64,000 nt of DNA from the NCBI GenBank assembly GCA_024704765.1, contig JAKMXF010000334.1:1-64000 (forward strand). Reading direction: 5' to 3'. The notes under the pieces were generated by a model. That model searched no databases. It was not told the origin of the DNA and saw only the letters and a program-made list of their open reading frames with translations. Below, piece after piece: positions 1 to 17,874 of this stretch. The DNA comes from Oopsacas minuta. Taxonomy: Eukaryota > Animalia > Porifera. Each line of letters opens with the position of its first letter. Within the stretch, counting starts at the first letter, position 1. Both the position numbers and the translations under genes were made by a program.

Positions 1-322
1 TCCTATTTATACTAATTTCTCAGATGCCTGCAAAACACCTGCAAACAATTTCCTGACCACCTGCACCTAGTGCAACACCTGCAATAATTTTCTATGTAAA
101 ATATAATACTTTAAGACAGGTTGCAACACCTACAGAACAGGTTACAACACCTGCACTATAAATATGTTACTATAGTAACGATATAGTATTTGTATTGAAT
201 TAATACTGTAATGCAATTTCTATTGAAATTTTAATGCAAATTTCTATTGAATATTTGGGCTTATTTTGCTGTTAATTAATTTGAATATTACCGAATATTT
301 ATTATTTATCTGAAGCTAACAA

Positions 323-420
323 TAGAGGGTAGGCTCTGCTTAATAGGGCTCTCGGTAAATAGTGTTAATACTTCACTTAACCTGGTCCCGAAGTGACCCT
401 ATTGAGCGGAGTCTACTCTA
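323..420. mobile_element. MITE with terminal inverted repeats (TA-flanked, Tc1/pogo-like non-autonomous element)
   Basis: Left end tagagggtaggctctgcttaatagg matches the reverse complement of the right end, tagagtagactccgctcaatagg. Related fragments occur near 17695-17722, 35110-35180 and 39290-39318. Confidence 0.65.
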
Positions 421-571
421 CTTAGATGTTACCTAGCCTTCTCTCTTCCATCTCAATAAAAAATATCTCACTAGATCCTACTCCAGAAGATAGTGATTTC
501 TCTGACAGTATGGCAACAATTAACTCAATTCATTTCGTCCCTAAGAGTAACATCAATCAGCGTGGAGTTAG

Positions 572-979
572 AGCTCTACTAAAACACAAGCTGAATATCT
601 ATCACAGTTTATTGATCGTATAGTCATGAGGTCTAGGAGTAGTATACTAAATATTGGGAGTATTGGGGAAGTATTGAGGGTAGAGAGTTGTAATTCTGAT
701 CATGTTGATTATGATTATAAGGTTTGTTTGTTTGTTTGTACAGTGTATGCCGGTTATATGAACACCCTTGGGAGTAGCAATGCATGTTCTTATAACCTGC
801 ATCCACTGTGTATATGCTTGCTTGTTTACTTGTTTACTACTTATTTGTTTATTCTCTTCATAATTACATTCTAGGGTTTACCAAACTCTTCTCTAACTTC
901 ACATCCCTATTTTTCAGATGACATCAACAACAACAAACGAATAGAATATATAACTCAGATGCAATTCCTACCAGTCTAA
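572..979 (+). CDS. Possible 3' end of an unidentified spliced gene (candidate exons 572-721 and 875-979)
   Basis: Open frame 572-721 ends at AAG|GTTTG (phase 0). It pairs with TTCTAG|GGT at 875, which is open to TAA at 977-979. No homology recognised, and the acceptor at 571 is weak. Confidence 0.3.
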
Positions 980-1000
980 TAGTATGATTAATTGAATACA

Positions 1001-1152
1001 TACAGTCAATTCCTGTTATATCGAAGCTCAAGGGACCGCGATAATTACTTTGATATAAGTGGTGTTCTGTATTAACGATGAAATATATGTTACTTTGACG
1101 GTTTGGAGGCATATTTGTACAATTTCAGATTTCGATATAACGGGATATTGTA
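1001..1152. mobile_element. MITE family A copy (TACAGTCAACTC...TTATATCGAAGCTCAAG type)
   Basis: Starts tacagtcaattcctgttatatcgaagctcaag and ends ttcgatataacgggatattgta. Shares its core with the copies at 4114, 7141, 27818 and 57107. Confidence 0.75.
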
Positions 1153-1532
1153 TAGTGGAACCCCGCTTAACCGCGAGCCGCCACCTCAAATTACGGCGAC
1201 TTGGCAGGCTAAGACCTACTAATTTTGGCATGTGTATGGAATGTGATAAATCTGGGAATATATCCTAATAATATCTAAGTGACATCTCAAAGCAAGCAAA
1301 TATGTATAATGAATAATTAAAATCAGAATTTTGGGAAACCACAAAAACCACTTCCTACGAAACGCTATCATCATACCCTGAATATTTAATTACCACGAGA
1401 TATTTCTTACATTCTAAACACTTCCATAACAACCAATGAGGTATTATGGTATGCTCAAGCTACACAAGTATAAATAGAGTCAGAATTAACTAAATCTTTA
1501 CATTCAAATAAATCAAACTACTAATCGCTAAA

Positions 1533-2774
1533 ATGGCGACTAATGAGCCTAAGAATATTCAAATCGACGAGATGGCACAATTCGATGCTGTCGCTTCAGA
1601 AATTCTACAGACATTCGATCCTCTCATTACCCTGCTGATCGAGAGGAGGGATGCTCTTCTGCACCAACTTTCTCAGCTCAGAGAGGATTACACGACCAAA
1701 GAGACTACTCGCAAGGCAGCAATTCAAGAGCTAGATAAAACTAGAAAACAATTGGAAGAAATGAGTTTGAAAGTAAATAAAAACATTCCAGTACATAACC
1801 AAGCTACTATGGTGTATCAACAAGGTCTCCAGGATCTGGAAGCTCCTACAAAACTACCATATCCTCTCTTCCTTTTCCCCACACTTCAAACAATTCGATC
1901 AGCTATCTCAGAATTCGGAGAGGTCAAAGAGTGGGAGGTACCAGACTATTCACTGAAGAAAGTACCTATTCTAACAACTGGTAAGATAGGAAAGGATAAG
2001 AATGAACTTAATGCTATTGGTCTATTCCTTGATGAAGATAATCATAGATTATACATAGCTGATTTTGGGAATAGTCGAGTACAAGTTATGTCATTTGAGG
2101 GAGAATTCCTTACTAGTTTCGGTCAAGATATCCTGAAGGAACCATACGGAATAGTTGTGAATAAAGAATTTATCTTCATAACTGACAGAGAATATGACTC
2201 TCTGTTCAAGTTTTGTAAGAACAAACTTTATCTTCTGAAAAGAACTGATAACTCAGATAGTGAAGAAGAAGAAGAGTTAAATTTCCCTAGAGGAATATGT
2301 ATAGACACAAATGGAGATGTGTTTGTAGCGAATAGCATTAAGCACAGAGTTTCCATCTTCTCTACACTTCTACAATTCAAATCAAACTTAGGTACTAAAC
2401 AGCTGTACTATCCTCATGATGTTAAGCTTACTCAAGATTGTGTAGTGGTGCTAGACTTGAGTCCTAGATGTGTGCATTTATTTTCTAGAAATGGAGACTA
2501 TCTCAGCTCTTGTATCTCTCAGGGAGATAAACCAAATTGTTTGCTAAATTATCCACGATTCTTCTGTTTCGACCTCTCCGGTAATATTATCATAAGCGAT
2601 ACTAATAACCACTGTATCAAGATATTCACACAATCAGGAGAATTCATACACTCCATAGGACGTAAGGGAAAGAAGAGAGGAGAGTTCATCGATCCATATG
2701 GTATTGGTATCTCTAAATTAGGAATTATTTTTGTTCTATCTGATAATTCTAACTATTCATTGCAATGTTTCTAG
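1533..2774 (+). CDS. Coiled-coil + NHL-repeat beta-propeller protein (TRIM2/3/71-like C-terminus, no RING or B-box), 413 aa, intronless
   Basis: N-terminal heptad region, then NHL blades such as LYIADFGNSRVQV, LNFPRGICID, IIISDTNNHCIKIF and EFIDPYGI. Confidence 0.9.
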   Translation: MATNEPKNIQIDEMAQFDAVASEILQTFDPLITLLIERRDALLHQLSQLREDYTTKETTRKAAIQELDKTRKQLEEMSLKVNKNIPVHNQATMVYQQGLQDLEAPTKLPYPLFLFPTLQTIRSAISEFGEVKEWEVPDYSLKKVPILTTGKIGKDKNELNAIGLFLDEDNHRLYIADFGNSRVQVMSFEGEFLTSFGQDILKEPYGIVVNKEFIFITDREYDSLFKFCKNKLYLLKRTDNSDSEEEEELNFPRGICIDTNGDVFVANSIKHRVSIFSTLLQFKSNLGTKQLYYPHDVKLTQDCVVVLDLSPRCVHLFSRNGDYLSSCISQGDKPNCLLNYPRFFCFDLSGNIIISDTNNHCIKIFTQSGEFIHSIGRKGKKRGEFIDPYGIGISKLGIIFVLSDNSNYSLQCF

Positions 2775-3529
2775 TTTGGTCTATATTTTACAGTTAGTTG
2801 ATATTAAACTTATTGCCTTATTACAATAGCCTACTCCCGTCAGTTCCGGATAGCCGCACGTGCGGACTATGCGATCGACAGGGCACGGACTAGTTGAGCC
2901 CTTGACTCCCGTTACATCGAAGCTCAAGGGACTGCGAAAATTACTTCGATATAACTGATGTAATATGTACACATTTGGGGGTTCTTATATTTTTCTACTT
3001 GTATTAGATAACTTCCAAAAGTGTCAAAATCTCGTATCTTACAACTTATCAATAGGAGAACAAAATTCATGGATTGAGGTTAGATAAACTTTCATCCAAA
3101 ATTTACCCTAAAATTGTTTGGTGAAATTATTTTTAGGTCATAGATTTTTGGTGATAAAATATGATAACTTCCTCATTGAGTCGTCAAAAATTGACGAAGT
3201 GGAGTCAAGCTTAGGCTTGTACTTCCACCCTTTCTTGTTTTTAACCCTGATGTTACAATCAATAAACGTTCAACTCTCAATAATACGAAATTCAACATAA
3301 TACATAATCTTACAACCCAGGGCTTACAAGCATAGTACACCAGGTAAGGCCATTGCCATTTGACCATGCTCTGGCCAAGATCTATAGAAAAATATATAAT
3401 ACAAATGATTCCGTCGCCCTCAACAGGTCTCTATTAACGATAGTTTTAAATCGACAGCATAACAATCTAATAACTGACTATAATTATCACAACATGGATA
3501 CAATCCAACTAACAAATAACTAACAAAAA

Positions 3530-4649
3530 CTATTTCTCCATAAGAGTCAATCTCTCAGGAGGTAGTCCTGGATCCTGATCTAACAACACATCCTTGGTTA
3601 TCACTACATTACTTCTGATACCCTCCTTAGTGATAATGTATATATTGAAGCTAGATAAGTTCAGTACCAGTCTCTTGTTGATCTCACGGATACACTGGTG
3701 TAGCTGTTCTATACTTTTATCTTGATTCTGTGAGCTGGAATGCAGCCTATCCATTGTGCTAAGAGTGAAATATGATCCATAACCATGTGCACCATATGGT
3801 ACCTACAAAAAATAAATGCAGTGTATCCTCCACAAATGGGGCTGTGGGAACGGAAGAAATAGCAATAGAGCGAATTTAGTCCCATACAAAGAGCCTCCAC
3901 AAACGGGCTAGCATTTTTCGACGTCCCTAACCGCGTTTGTGGAAGTTACACTGTCACTAAAATCTTGACAAATGAAAAAGTCAATGCGAGATGTATTTGT
4001 CATAATTTTGAAGTTGTCATTTGTCAGAACAGACGTATAGACGGATGTCATACATCATCTATGCCAATAGGCCATCTCCCTATTGGACCCGAACTAAAAA
4101 TCTCGTCACGAGCTACAGTCAACTCTCGTCATATCGAAATACCCGTTTATATCAAAGTTTGAAAATGAACACATATGGCACCAAACCGTAAAAAGCTCTT
4201 ATCGAAATATGTATCGCGGTTTCTTGAGCTTCGATATAACAGGAGTTGACTGTATTCTAATCTTAACTTACTTTTGCTTTAGTCCCTAGATAATCCAGAT
4301 AATACAACTCACTACTCCCTTCCTCATTAACTCCACCCACCAGCACATTAACCATATAAGGATGTCTGCTACGAATTGCCTTAGCCAATTGATACCTGAT
4401 ATAGTCTGCTATCTCAGCAATACTCAATCCATACTCGTACTTCATACTGTGAAGTTTGAATTGTTTCTTTAAGAATTCACCAAAATGTGTAGTATCCCCC
4501 GCTTCGCCAGCTACTACCATGGCGCATGTTGGTGATAGTTGATACATTTTTTCTACGTCACTCTTCATGAGGAGTACACTACGTCCCCCTGTACGGTCGG
4601 CTCCTAGGATGACATGCTCCTTACCAACAACTCCCAGTAGACATTCCAT
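3530..4649 (-). CDS. PSMB2: Proteasome subunit beta type-2 (beta4), 2 exons: 4649-4272 and 3802-3530, 216 aa
   Basis: Motifs MECLLG, VAGEAGDTTHF, AIRSRHPYMVNVLVGG and ELYYLDYLGT, spliced in frame to VPYGAHGYGSYFTLSTMDR. Donor AAA|GTAAG and acceptor TTTGTAG|GTA. Confidence 0.93.
3819..3953. mobile_element. MITE family B copy (CAGTGTAACCTCCACAAACG type) in the PSMB2 intron
   Basis: TIR cagtgtatcctccacaaa / tttgtggaagttacactg. Internal motif gcatttttcgacgtccc is shared with the copies at 5770, 9941, 25535 and 35201. Confidence 0.75.
4114..4254. mobile_element. MITE family A copy in the PSMB2 intron
   Basis: Perfect 12-bp inverted ends tacagtcaactc / gagttgactgta, including the TA flanks. Confidence 0.85.
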
Positions 4650-4820
4650 TCAAGCGTGATATAATAAATACTATTCATTTACAAAATTATTAATGGCATT
4701 AAAATAAGTATGAATACTTTATTGGAGGTGATCGCTATTGGATGTTCCTTCCTAAATATGTTCTTAAGAAAATTTCATTTTTTCCCTTAACTTGGTTACA
4801 TTTCGTGTTAGCCTTTAGAG

Positions 4821-5016
4821 CAGAGTTTCCCAACCTTTGTACGAATCTACACTTAACAATTTTCAGTAGGCCCACTCCCATAGGCTACTATGCTATCCGT
4901 GCAGGGGCGAATATTCCAAAACTGATTAAGCTCGTCAGCCCAGCGGTCCCCAGGCCTACGCCCCATTTGCGTGTATACCCAATAACAAGTCGTGGACATC
5001 AGGTTGGGAAACACTA
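4821..5016. mobile_element. hAT-like MITE (CAGxGTTCCCAACC ends)
   Basis: Ends cagagtttcccaacc ... ggttgggaaacacta. The end motif resembles those of the elements at 31640 and 37151. Confidence 0.55.
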
Positions 5017-5769
5017 GTGAGTGAAAATTATGAAATAATTGTAAATTTGTAGATATCTGAATATTTTAGTATACTATGATCAAAAATATTCAGAGTCCTG
5101 GAGAGTTACATAAAAATTGAATTAGAATTCAAATTATGGAATTTGATGTATCTAAAAAGGTGTCCAACACAGGTGTGCCTTTAAATAGTTATTGAAATTA
5201 TCTATAAACGGTAAATAACAAAAGCCCAAATATTACATAAATGTAACCACTACTATTCAGTTAATAAGTTCTATTAATCAATTACAGAAATTTATCAGAA
5301 CATCAGTGTATAGCATATTTGAGTGTATGATTATGTAAAGAGTATGAGGATATGCTAACAGTCAAGGTATTATATAAATAGGATATAGTGAGAAGATAAT
5401 GTCTGTAATTTAGTGAGAATTTAGGAAATCTTGTATTATTTGAAGAATGGCATTGAAAAGGAATTTGCAGTAAGTTGAATATTCGTGAATTACTTGTAGT
5501 ATACAGTGGAGTTTGACTATTAGCAAATCGTATTTGTATGAATCTATATGCTATATCCATGAAAAGGCGGATTTTGCTATTAGGCAAATTGCTAATAGGC
5601 GATTACACTACTGTAGTTAAAATAATGCTCATAAGGTTATATGAATAAATATATAAATTTTTGAGGGGTGAATTCACGATTATGGTATTCGTATTATGAA
5701 GTGTTCACAAAACCCCTGCTAGAACAATTTTTGTGAAATTCCTACTTCAACCCAGATTGCGGGAAAATA

Positions 5770-5915
5770 CATTGTAACCTCCACAAACGGTGCCTATGGA
5801 AACGCAGTGAAAAATAAATAGAGCGAATTCCTACACCCATACAAATGAGCCCCCACAAACGGGGAAGCATTTTCGGCGTCCCAGGCACCCCGTTCACGTT
5901 TGTGGGGTTACACTG
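5770..5915. mobile_element. MITE family B copy
   Basis: TIR cattgtaacctccacaaacg / cgtttgtggggttacactg. Confidence 0.8.
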
Positions 5916-6084
5916 ACAATAATGGATAATGTACAATCAATATAATTCGCGATTTCTAATAGTGTAACCAAGTATAACACTTGGTACAATTACACTCATC
6001 ACTTTTGAAGCCCACTAAAAGCATTATTCGAAACTTGAATCTCTACTAATAATAATAAAGCCAAGAGACCTTACGTTCTAATAA

Positions 6085-7681
6085 CTAACTATAAATCTTG
6101 GTTGCTACACCAGTAGCTATTGTCTTCCTAGAATCTCTCACTGTAAAGCGTTTCCCCTCCTCAATAGCCAGCGGGATAACAAACTCAAACGTTAGTTCGA
6201 CATCTTCCCCTGGCATAACCATTTCTTTACCACCTTTCAGTTCCGTCACGATGGCTGATACAGCTGACATTCTAGAGAAAACCACAGGCTTGTAACCCTT
6301 CATAAACGGAGTATGTCTCCCTCCCTCCTCTTTAGATAGGACGTAGAGCTTCACGTCTGCTTTTTTCACAAGTTTTATTGATCCAGGTTTCGCGATTATT
6401 GACCCTCTCCTAACCTTATCCTTACTCACGCCACGGAGTAGAGCTCCTATAGAATCACCAGACATTGCCTTAGGTACTTCTTTATAGAACATTTGTATCT
6501 GCGAAATAACCGTACGGATTTTACCAGACTTCCCGAGTATTTCCGCTTCATTTCCTTTCTCTATAATTCCCCTCTCAAGCGACCCAACAGCGACCGTCCC
6601 CCTGCCCTTTACAGTGATCGCTTTCTCTACATTAAAGAAGAATGGTTTATCGACAATCCTTGTGGGTAGTCTCACGTGTTTATCTAACATCTCAACCAGA
6701 TTTATAATAGAATCGCGGCCTTTCACAGGATCCTTATCATTAAGCGCATACAGAGCAGAACCAGCTACGAACGGTATTTTATCAGAATCAAATCCATGGA
6801 TATCTAACAGTTCTCTAACTTCTAATTCGACTAATTGTGTAATCTCGTCATCATCTACTGTATCAGTCTTGTTAATATAAACAACTAAATCTTCTACTCC
6901 TATTTGTTTGGCTAGGATAACGTGTTCTTTTGTTTGAGGCATTACACTATCAGTAGCAGCTACTACTAGGATAGTACCATCCATCTGTACTGTACCTGAA
7001 TAGAGGAGAGCAAAATTAATAAATACCAAAAATATTTTATAAATACCAAATGGCACTGTGCACTGTCACAAAAATCGGTCACTTGGCTCGAGTCTTCTGG
7101 TTTTTGAGATTTGCTTAGACGTATAATACGTCCAAATAGATAAAGTCGCCTCACGTATATCGAAGTCACAGGAACCGTGATAATTATTTAAATATAAGCG
7201 GAATTCGAAGCTATTAACAATGTGTTACTTCGACGGTTTGGGACCATATTTGTACAATTTTAGGCTTCAATATAACGGTAGTTGTCTGTACATATAATTA
7301 CGTACCAGAAATCATGTTTTTGATATAATCAGCATGTCCTGGACAATCCACATGTGCATAATTCCTCAATTTAGATTGGTAATTAACACTCGCAGCATTG
7401 ATAGTAATCCCTCTTCTCTTCTCCTCGATTGTACTATCAATTCTATCATATGTCTGATATTGAGCTAGTCCTTCTGCCTCCAAAACTTTAGTTATAGCGG
7501 ATGTAAGGGTTGTTTTGCCATGATCCACGTGGCCAATGGTTCCAACAGTTACCCACGGTTTTTCACGTTGTATAGCTTCTACATTGGTCGAGAGGCAACC
7601 AATAGAAATACTTAATGGGGATAGCTTGAGGAAGTCAGTGACTCTATAGCGGAGGAGGTTACGTGCAAAAAGTGAATTCAT
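6085..7681 (-). CDS. TUFM: Mitochondrial elongation factor Tu (divergent), 2 exons: 7681-7306 and 6995-6085
   Basis: N-terminal transit-like peptide, [12 protein letters not shown] (G1), [25 protein letters not shown] (G4), GSAL, GRGTV and EGGRHTPF. Phase-1 intron G|GTACGT ... TTCAG|GT. Confidence 0.93.
7141..7290. mobile_element. MITE family A copy in the TUFM intron
   Basis: Shares gttacttcgacggtttgggaccatatttgtacaatt with the copy at 1001-1152. Ends caatataacggtagttgtctgta. Confidence 0.7.
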
Positions 7682-9940
7682 TTCAATTATTTTATTTCAA
7701 AAGTGATAAGGCTATAATAGAATATACGTATTATTGTGTAAATATACATGAGTTACAAATTGCATAAGTGGGAGGGCGGAATGGCATACAGCTTTAGTGT
7801 GTAATGTTGATGTGAGATTTTGGACAGTATTTTTGGGTTGTCTCGTCGAAAAGTGCCAGAAGAGCAATATTGCCTTGAGGCCAGACAAGATTCTCATCAA
7901 AAGGCATAGCTAGGCCAATATGCATATCTGATGGTACTGGGTAAGTGCGGCCAGGGCCGTGTGAAGCCTATATAAAGTGTCGCCCCTCTTCCGACGACCC
8001 TGAGTGCGGCAAAGAAGCAACATAAGTCGCACTGTAGTACTATTCTTTAGGAAATATAAGTGAGCCAATATATTTATGGCAATAGCGGCATGCACACTCT
8101 AGCTATGCGCTGGCTAGTGGCTACATGCTATATCATACTAAATAATAATGTCCATAATTACTTTAATTGAAGTTTTATATCATATATTCTAACATGCTTT
8201 GGAACACCATCAATCCATTTCTTACCTAAATGCAAGGCTCTCAACTCTCACGATTTCGGGTCTACAAATACTGCAGAATCCCCGGTCTTTTCATTGAAAA
8301 CCAATACTAAATTGTATCTATCTTGAGATTTTGGACGAATTTCACGATTTTGAAGGTTTCCAGGTTGAAAGCGATGTAAATAAGCTATAAAATCCGACGA
8401 TATAAAGTTCATTTAATTTACAGAGTAAAGATGACACAAATAAGTGTCGCATAGAGCCAGTGAGTCGGGAAATAAAGATAAGTTGTACCCTGACAGCAGT
8501 GACATTTTCAAAACACAGTCGTAGAATACTATTTTAGTGCTATAAGCCATAGAATTATGTAACCACAGATATATTGTCAATCACTCATAGCTATACTTTT
8601 ACGTATATTATTGATGGTATCAATAATTTACCTAATTTTGTAGACAAACGAAATGACAATAACAATAAAATGAGACTATAAATGACAGTAATTGAAGGGC
8701 TGCGAGAAACAATGCTGTATATTACAAATAATATTAGCTTTGGAGATGTCAGTTCTTGCGAGAAGAATAGGTGAGTAATGGATGAGATTATTCTGAGATT
8801 AATCAATGAAATATCCTAACAAATTCACTGCAAATACATGAACTTTTGCGAATATTTTGTGCTTTCTAATCAGGTGACATAATTATTAAATTTTCAGCTA
8901 ATGATATGATTACAATAGTTAGTTGGCTACTTAGAACTTGTATTAATTTGATGACCAGATATCAAATATGATAAGTGATTTCCTAATTCAGATATTCAGA
9001 GATGGAAGTTCATGGCACCAAAGAAATATTTTAACTTTTTCGAATTCCTCATATACATTCCGTGGGTTTCAATGGTGATTGATGAATCATGGGCCCAAGA
9101 TGCCTAGATGGCGCTGAGTGGCGATTCGAAGGTATTTCTATTTTGTCGAATTGATAGCAGATTTTACACACACACATATGCACTGGTTAGGAAATTAGTT
9201 TCTCTTCTGTGAAGTTGTGTAGCAGTTAAATTAGTTGAAAATGCTGTATTATGGCAATGTCGATATAATCTCCCGTTTTCCCGATTTTACAGTTTGAGTG
9301 TAATGTGCTTATGTCCAGTCGAAACCTGCCAAAAAGCGGACGTTCCACCTTCGGTAGCCCAGACATATGTTCACATTTTATTCCCGGTTAAAACTCATAA
9401 AACACTGAAAACCAACATTCAGTCTAATTTCTTCCCTTTGGTAAAGTATACGTACATCACACTCTCTATAGTAAATAAGCTTATGTTGGTGGGTGTGCTT
9501 GTCATCTCGCATATAAGCAATACGAATACAAAAGAATTCCCTCAACCACACACAGACTTAAATTTAGTTCCTCTTTTTAATAGAACACACTGCATGAGGC
9601 TTTCATTGTATTCACATTTAACTAGAATATCCGTGCAATTATTTGTATTCTTCGTGTGGTAATTCAATAGAATAGCACAGTACATGCTTATAATATGTGA
9701 GTCCTGGGCATACCTTACATGTTCAAGAAGACTTAACTTAATAACATAAAAAGCCATTGAACTTCTATTCATATTTGTTCAAACTCTTACCAACACGCTT
9801 GCGTAGCAAATAGTCCCAGATTCGCTCTCTCGGCGACACAATTTAATGTTTTAAAACTTCTTTGTAAGATAATAGTATTTGCAGGTAAATAATTGTAATT
9901 TTTTGAGTTATCCAATTCTAACTGGCATAAACTTTATAGC

Positions 9941-10025
9941 CAGTGTGACCGCCACAAACGGGGTGCCAGGGAGGCCGAAAAATGCTACCCCGTTTCCACA
10001 GGCCCAGTTTGTGAAGGTTTTGCTG
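9941..10025. mobile_element. MITE family B, short copy
   Basis: cagtgtgaccgccacaaacgggg ... ccgaaaaatgctacccc ... tttgtgaaggttttgctg. Confidence 0.65.
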
Positions 10026-10976
10026 TAATGTTTGAATTTGTTTCTGTTACGAACTTTTAAGTGTTTTGCTCAGATTGACTGGTTTGTTGGAGGCGCAATT
10101 TCACAAGACTCACTCAAAATTGCGTGTCAACCAAAAGCAATTGTTTTTGCCCGTATCTGGCCCAACCAATCCGTTTGAGTTAGTCTATCGTCCCGGAATG
10201 TCTGAAACCCAATCGAATCCATTTTTATCAGTGCATTTATTTTTTCGAAGGAACAGATCTTTTTTACACAACCTAATCAATGAATTTATGTGACAGTCAC
10301 AGTAAGTTTGGTGTCCTGCTATTTAAGGTCTCACGCATCGTTCTAGCAGCCATTAGATCCCTAGTTTCCATATTTTAAGTCATAACCCTACTAAACACAA
10401 CGTACATAACTCTCAACACTTTGAATTGTATAAGAGATCTGGATTACACTTCTATTCATTGAAACATGGTTTTCATACCTTTTATGGATTTGTAAACTCA
10501 AGAAATTTGAATATATATTAGGCTAATTATAGTTAATAAATAATTATTAATATTTTAAGAAATATATCTTTGTGACAAGTCAGAATTTCAAAACTACGTT
10601 ATACGAATTGCCTGCTTTCTTGTCCATCAAACTTATACTGTAAGGTATGGCTTATTATGGCTGTCAACAGTTTTGTTTATTAATTGCAAATTGATTGCTT
10701 AGAAATATTTACAAAATCATTACTGCTAATATGAAATTAGTTCCTTTCTATTATTACTCTATAATAATGTAATTAGCGTACTATGCTATGGGTTTACACC
10801 TTTAGTTTTGATATAAAATGATTGAAGGACGGTTTATATGTAATTTGGATTGTAAGTTGAGTTACAATGTGTGTGTCATAGTTTACTTCTTTGATAAAAT
10901 ACTGTAAATTTCACCTATATAATCTATAGAGCAGCTATAGGACAACGTTTACCTTATTCACTCCAGTAGATTCACT

Positions 10977-16103
<5,127 letters not shown>

Positions 16104-17874
16104 CATCAGATGACTTAGCGTCATAGAAATACACTTACACACATGCAAACACAGCTCAATAACAAAGAGAAGTGATTATCAATTTTAATAGCCCCTTCCC
16201 TCCATACATGTCAATTATTATAATGCTCACTAAGGTAATTATCATATCATTTTGTATACTGAATGAATTATCTAATATCTTATTTATTATTATTGTTGTT
16301 TGTAGTTATTTCTTACTTACATTCTTAGTTTGATATTAATTTGGAATTTGGAATAATTATTTAGAAATAATGTACTAATATTTTGTGGGTATTTATTAAC
16401 GAGTTTATATGCGGACTGAGATACAATTGAAGGTTTTATTTTAGTGTAATATATTGTTAAAACGGGTTTTGCTGTCTCTTCTAACAGAATTCTTGCTCAT
16501 TTCAGAGACGTAGTTAGGCAAACATGAAGGTTGCGGCAAGGATGGTCGTATACTTACCAATCCCAAAATATCCACAATTTTCAAAATTTCCAATGGAAAT
16601 ATTATTGAAATCCCAGGATAATCTATGGATCTTGGAAAGCTGGCTAATATGGTGTCGCACACTACGCTTATGATTGAGATTATTTCTATTTCTACCAGGT
16701 TCCTTACCACAATTTTTGGAATGAAATGATAAGAAATCATGTTTATATTGTGCTGTTACATTTTCCCATTTTATTGCAGCATAGATCAGCTGTTCAATGT
16801 ATAATTGTCCTAATCGATTAGCTAAGCAACAAATATGGCAAAATGTATGTATACTATTTTGTCCTTTCGCCTAATTCTATATTTAAGAATAAAATTAATC
16901 ATATAAATACTATTAGAATACCGACACAAATTCCCAAATATTTTCCATCATTATATCACCATTGACCATTTATGATCACCCAATCCGTGTAGCACATTTA
17001 GTCCTCACCAAGGTTTCTTCTATTGTTTAAACTTTCTATCAATTAAAATTTTCAAATGCTGTATGACTGTATGGAGAAATTCCCTCTTCTTTATTTCCCA
17101 GTTCAAAACATAATTTTTGCAATAATTACAGTTTTTATAGAACTGTAAAATTGAAATTCAGCCCCGGAAGATAAGAAACTGACTTCTAATGTTGTTGGTT
17201 AATTACAATATTTTATCAAAGGTCTGTAATATTATGCTATACTTATATGCTTGGATCTAATTTGATGTATGTAACTGTGTATAAATATTGCAACTACAGT
17301 GGAACTTGCATATTCCGGCCACTATCAGTAATCCAGAATTCTACTAAACTGACATTATTTGTCCTGACAGAAAATCGAAATGTTTATACTGTCAACTCCC
17401 CGTTATATCGAAGCTCAAGGAACCGCAATAATTACTCCTATATAACCGATAAAACATATTTTACTTAGACAGTTTGTGGCAATTTCGGATTGGTATAAAC
17501 GGAATATTTTTGATATATTCGTGTTCGATTTAATAGGAGTTGCTATGTACGTAGATTTCCTACACGTCTAGGGGCCAGGCTATTTTGACCCCGATTAACT
17601 ATAGCGTATTATCCAGTAATTCACGACTGGAGCTATTTGATAATTTAACACTATTTGTATGGTTTTGTTTCTGGCCAAATGATCCAATCAACGGTGAACC
17701 AAGCTTAAGCGGAGTCTACTATACCTTGAAATTACATTTCCCACCTTTAAAATATTTCTATTTCTATTCTTGTTCCTAAAATAGCTGCAATTCACTTCAA
17801 ATCGTAATACTTACAGATTTCTAAGAATATAAATTTATTATACAAATCATATCAAGAATTATCGAATCTGGTCT

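Noticed and set aside
6085-7681. Bacterial tuf gene from a symbiont or by horizontal transfer
   Set aside because: It has a spliceosomal intron containing a host MITE and an N-terminal targeting-like extension.
8180-10300. Short ORFs between TUFM and SIPA1L
   Set aside because: No recognisable domains and no consistent exon chain; partly MITE-derived.
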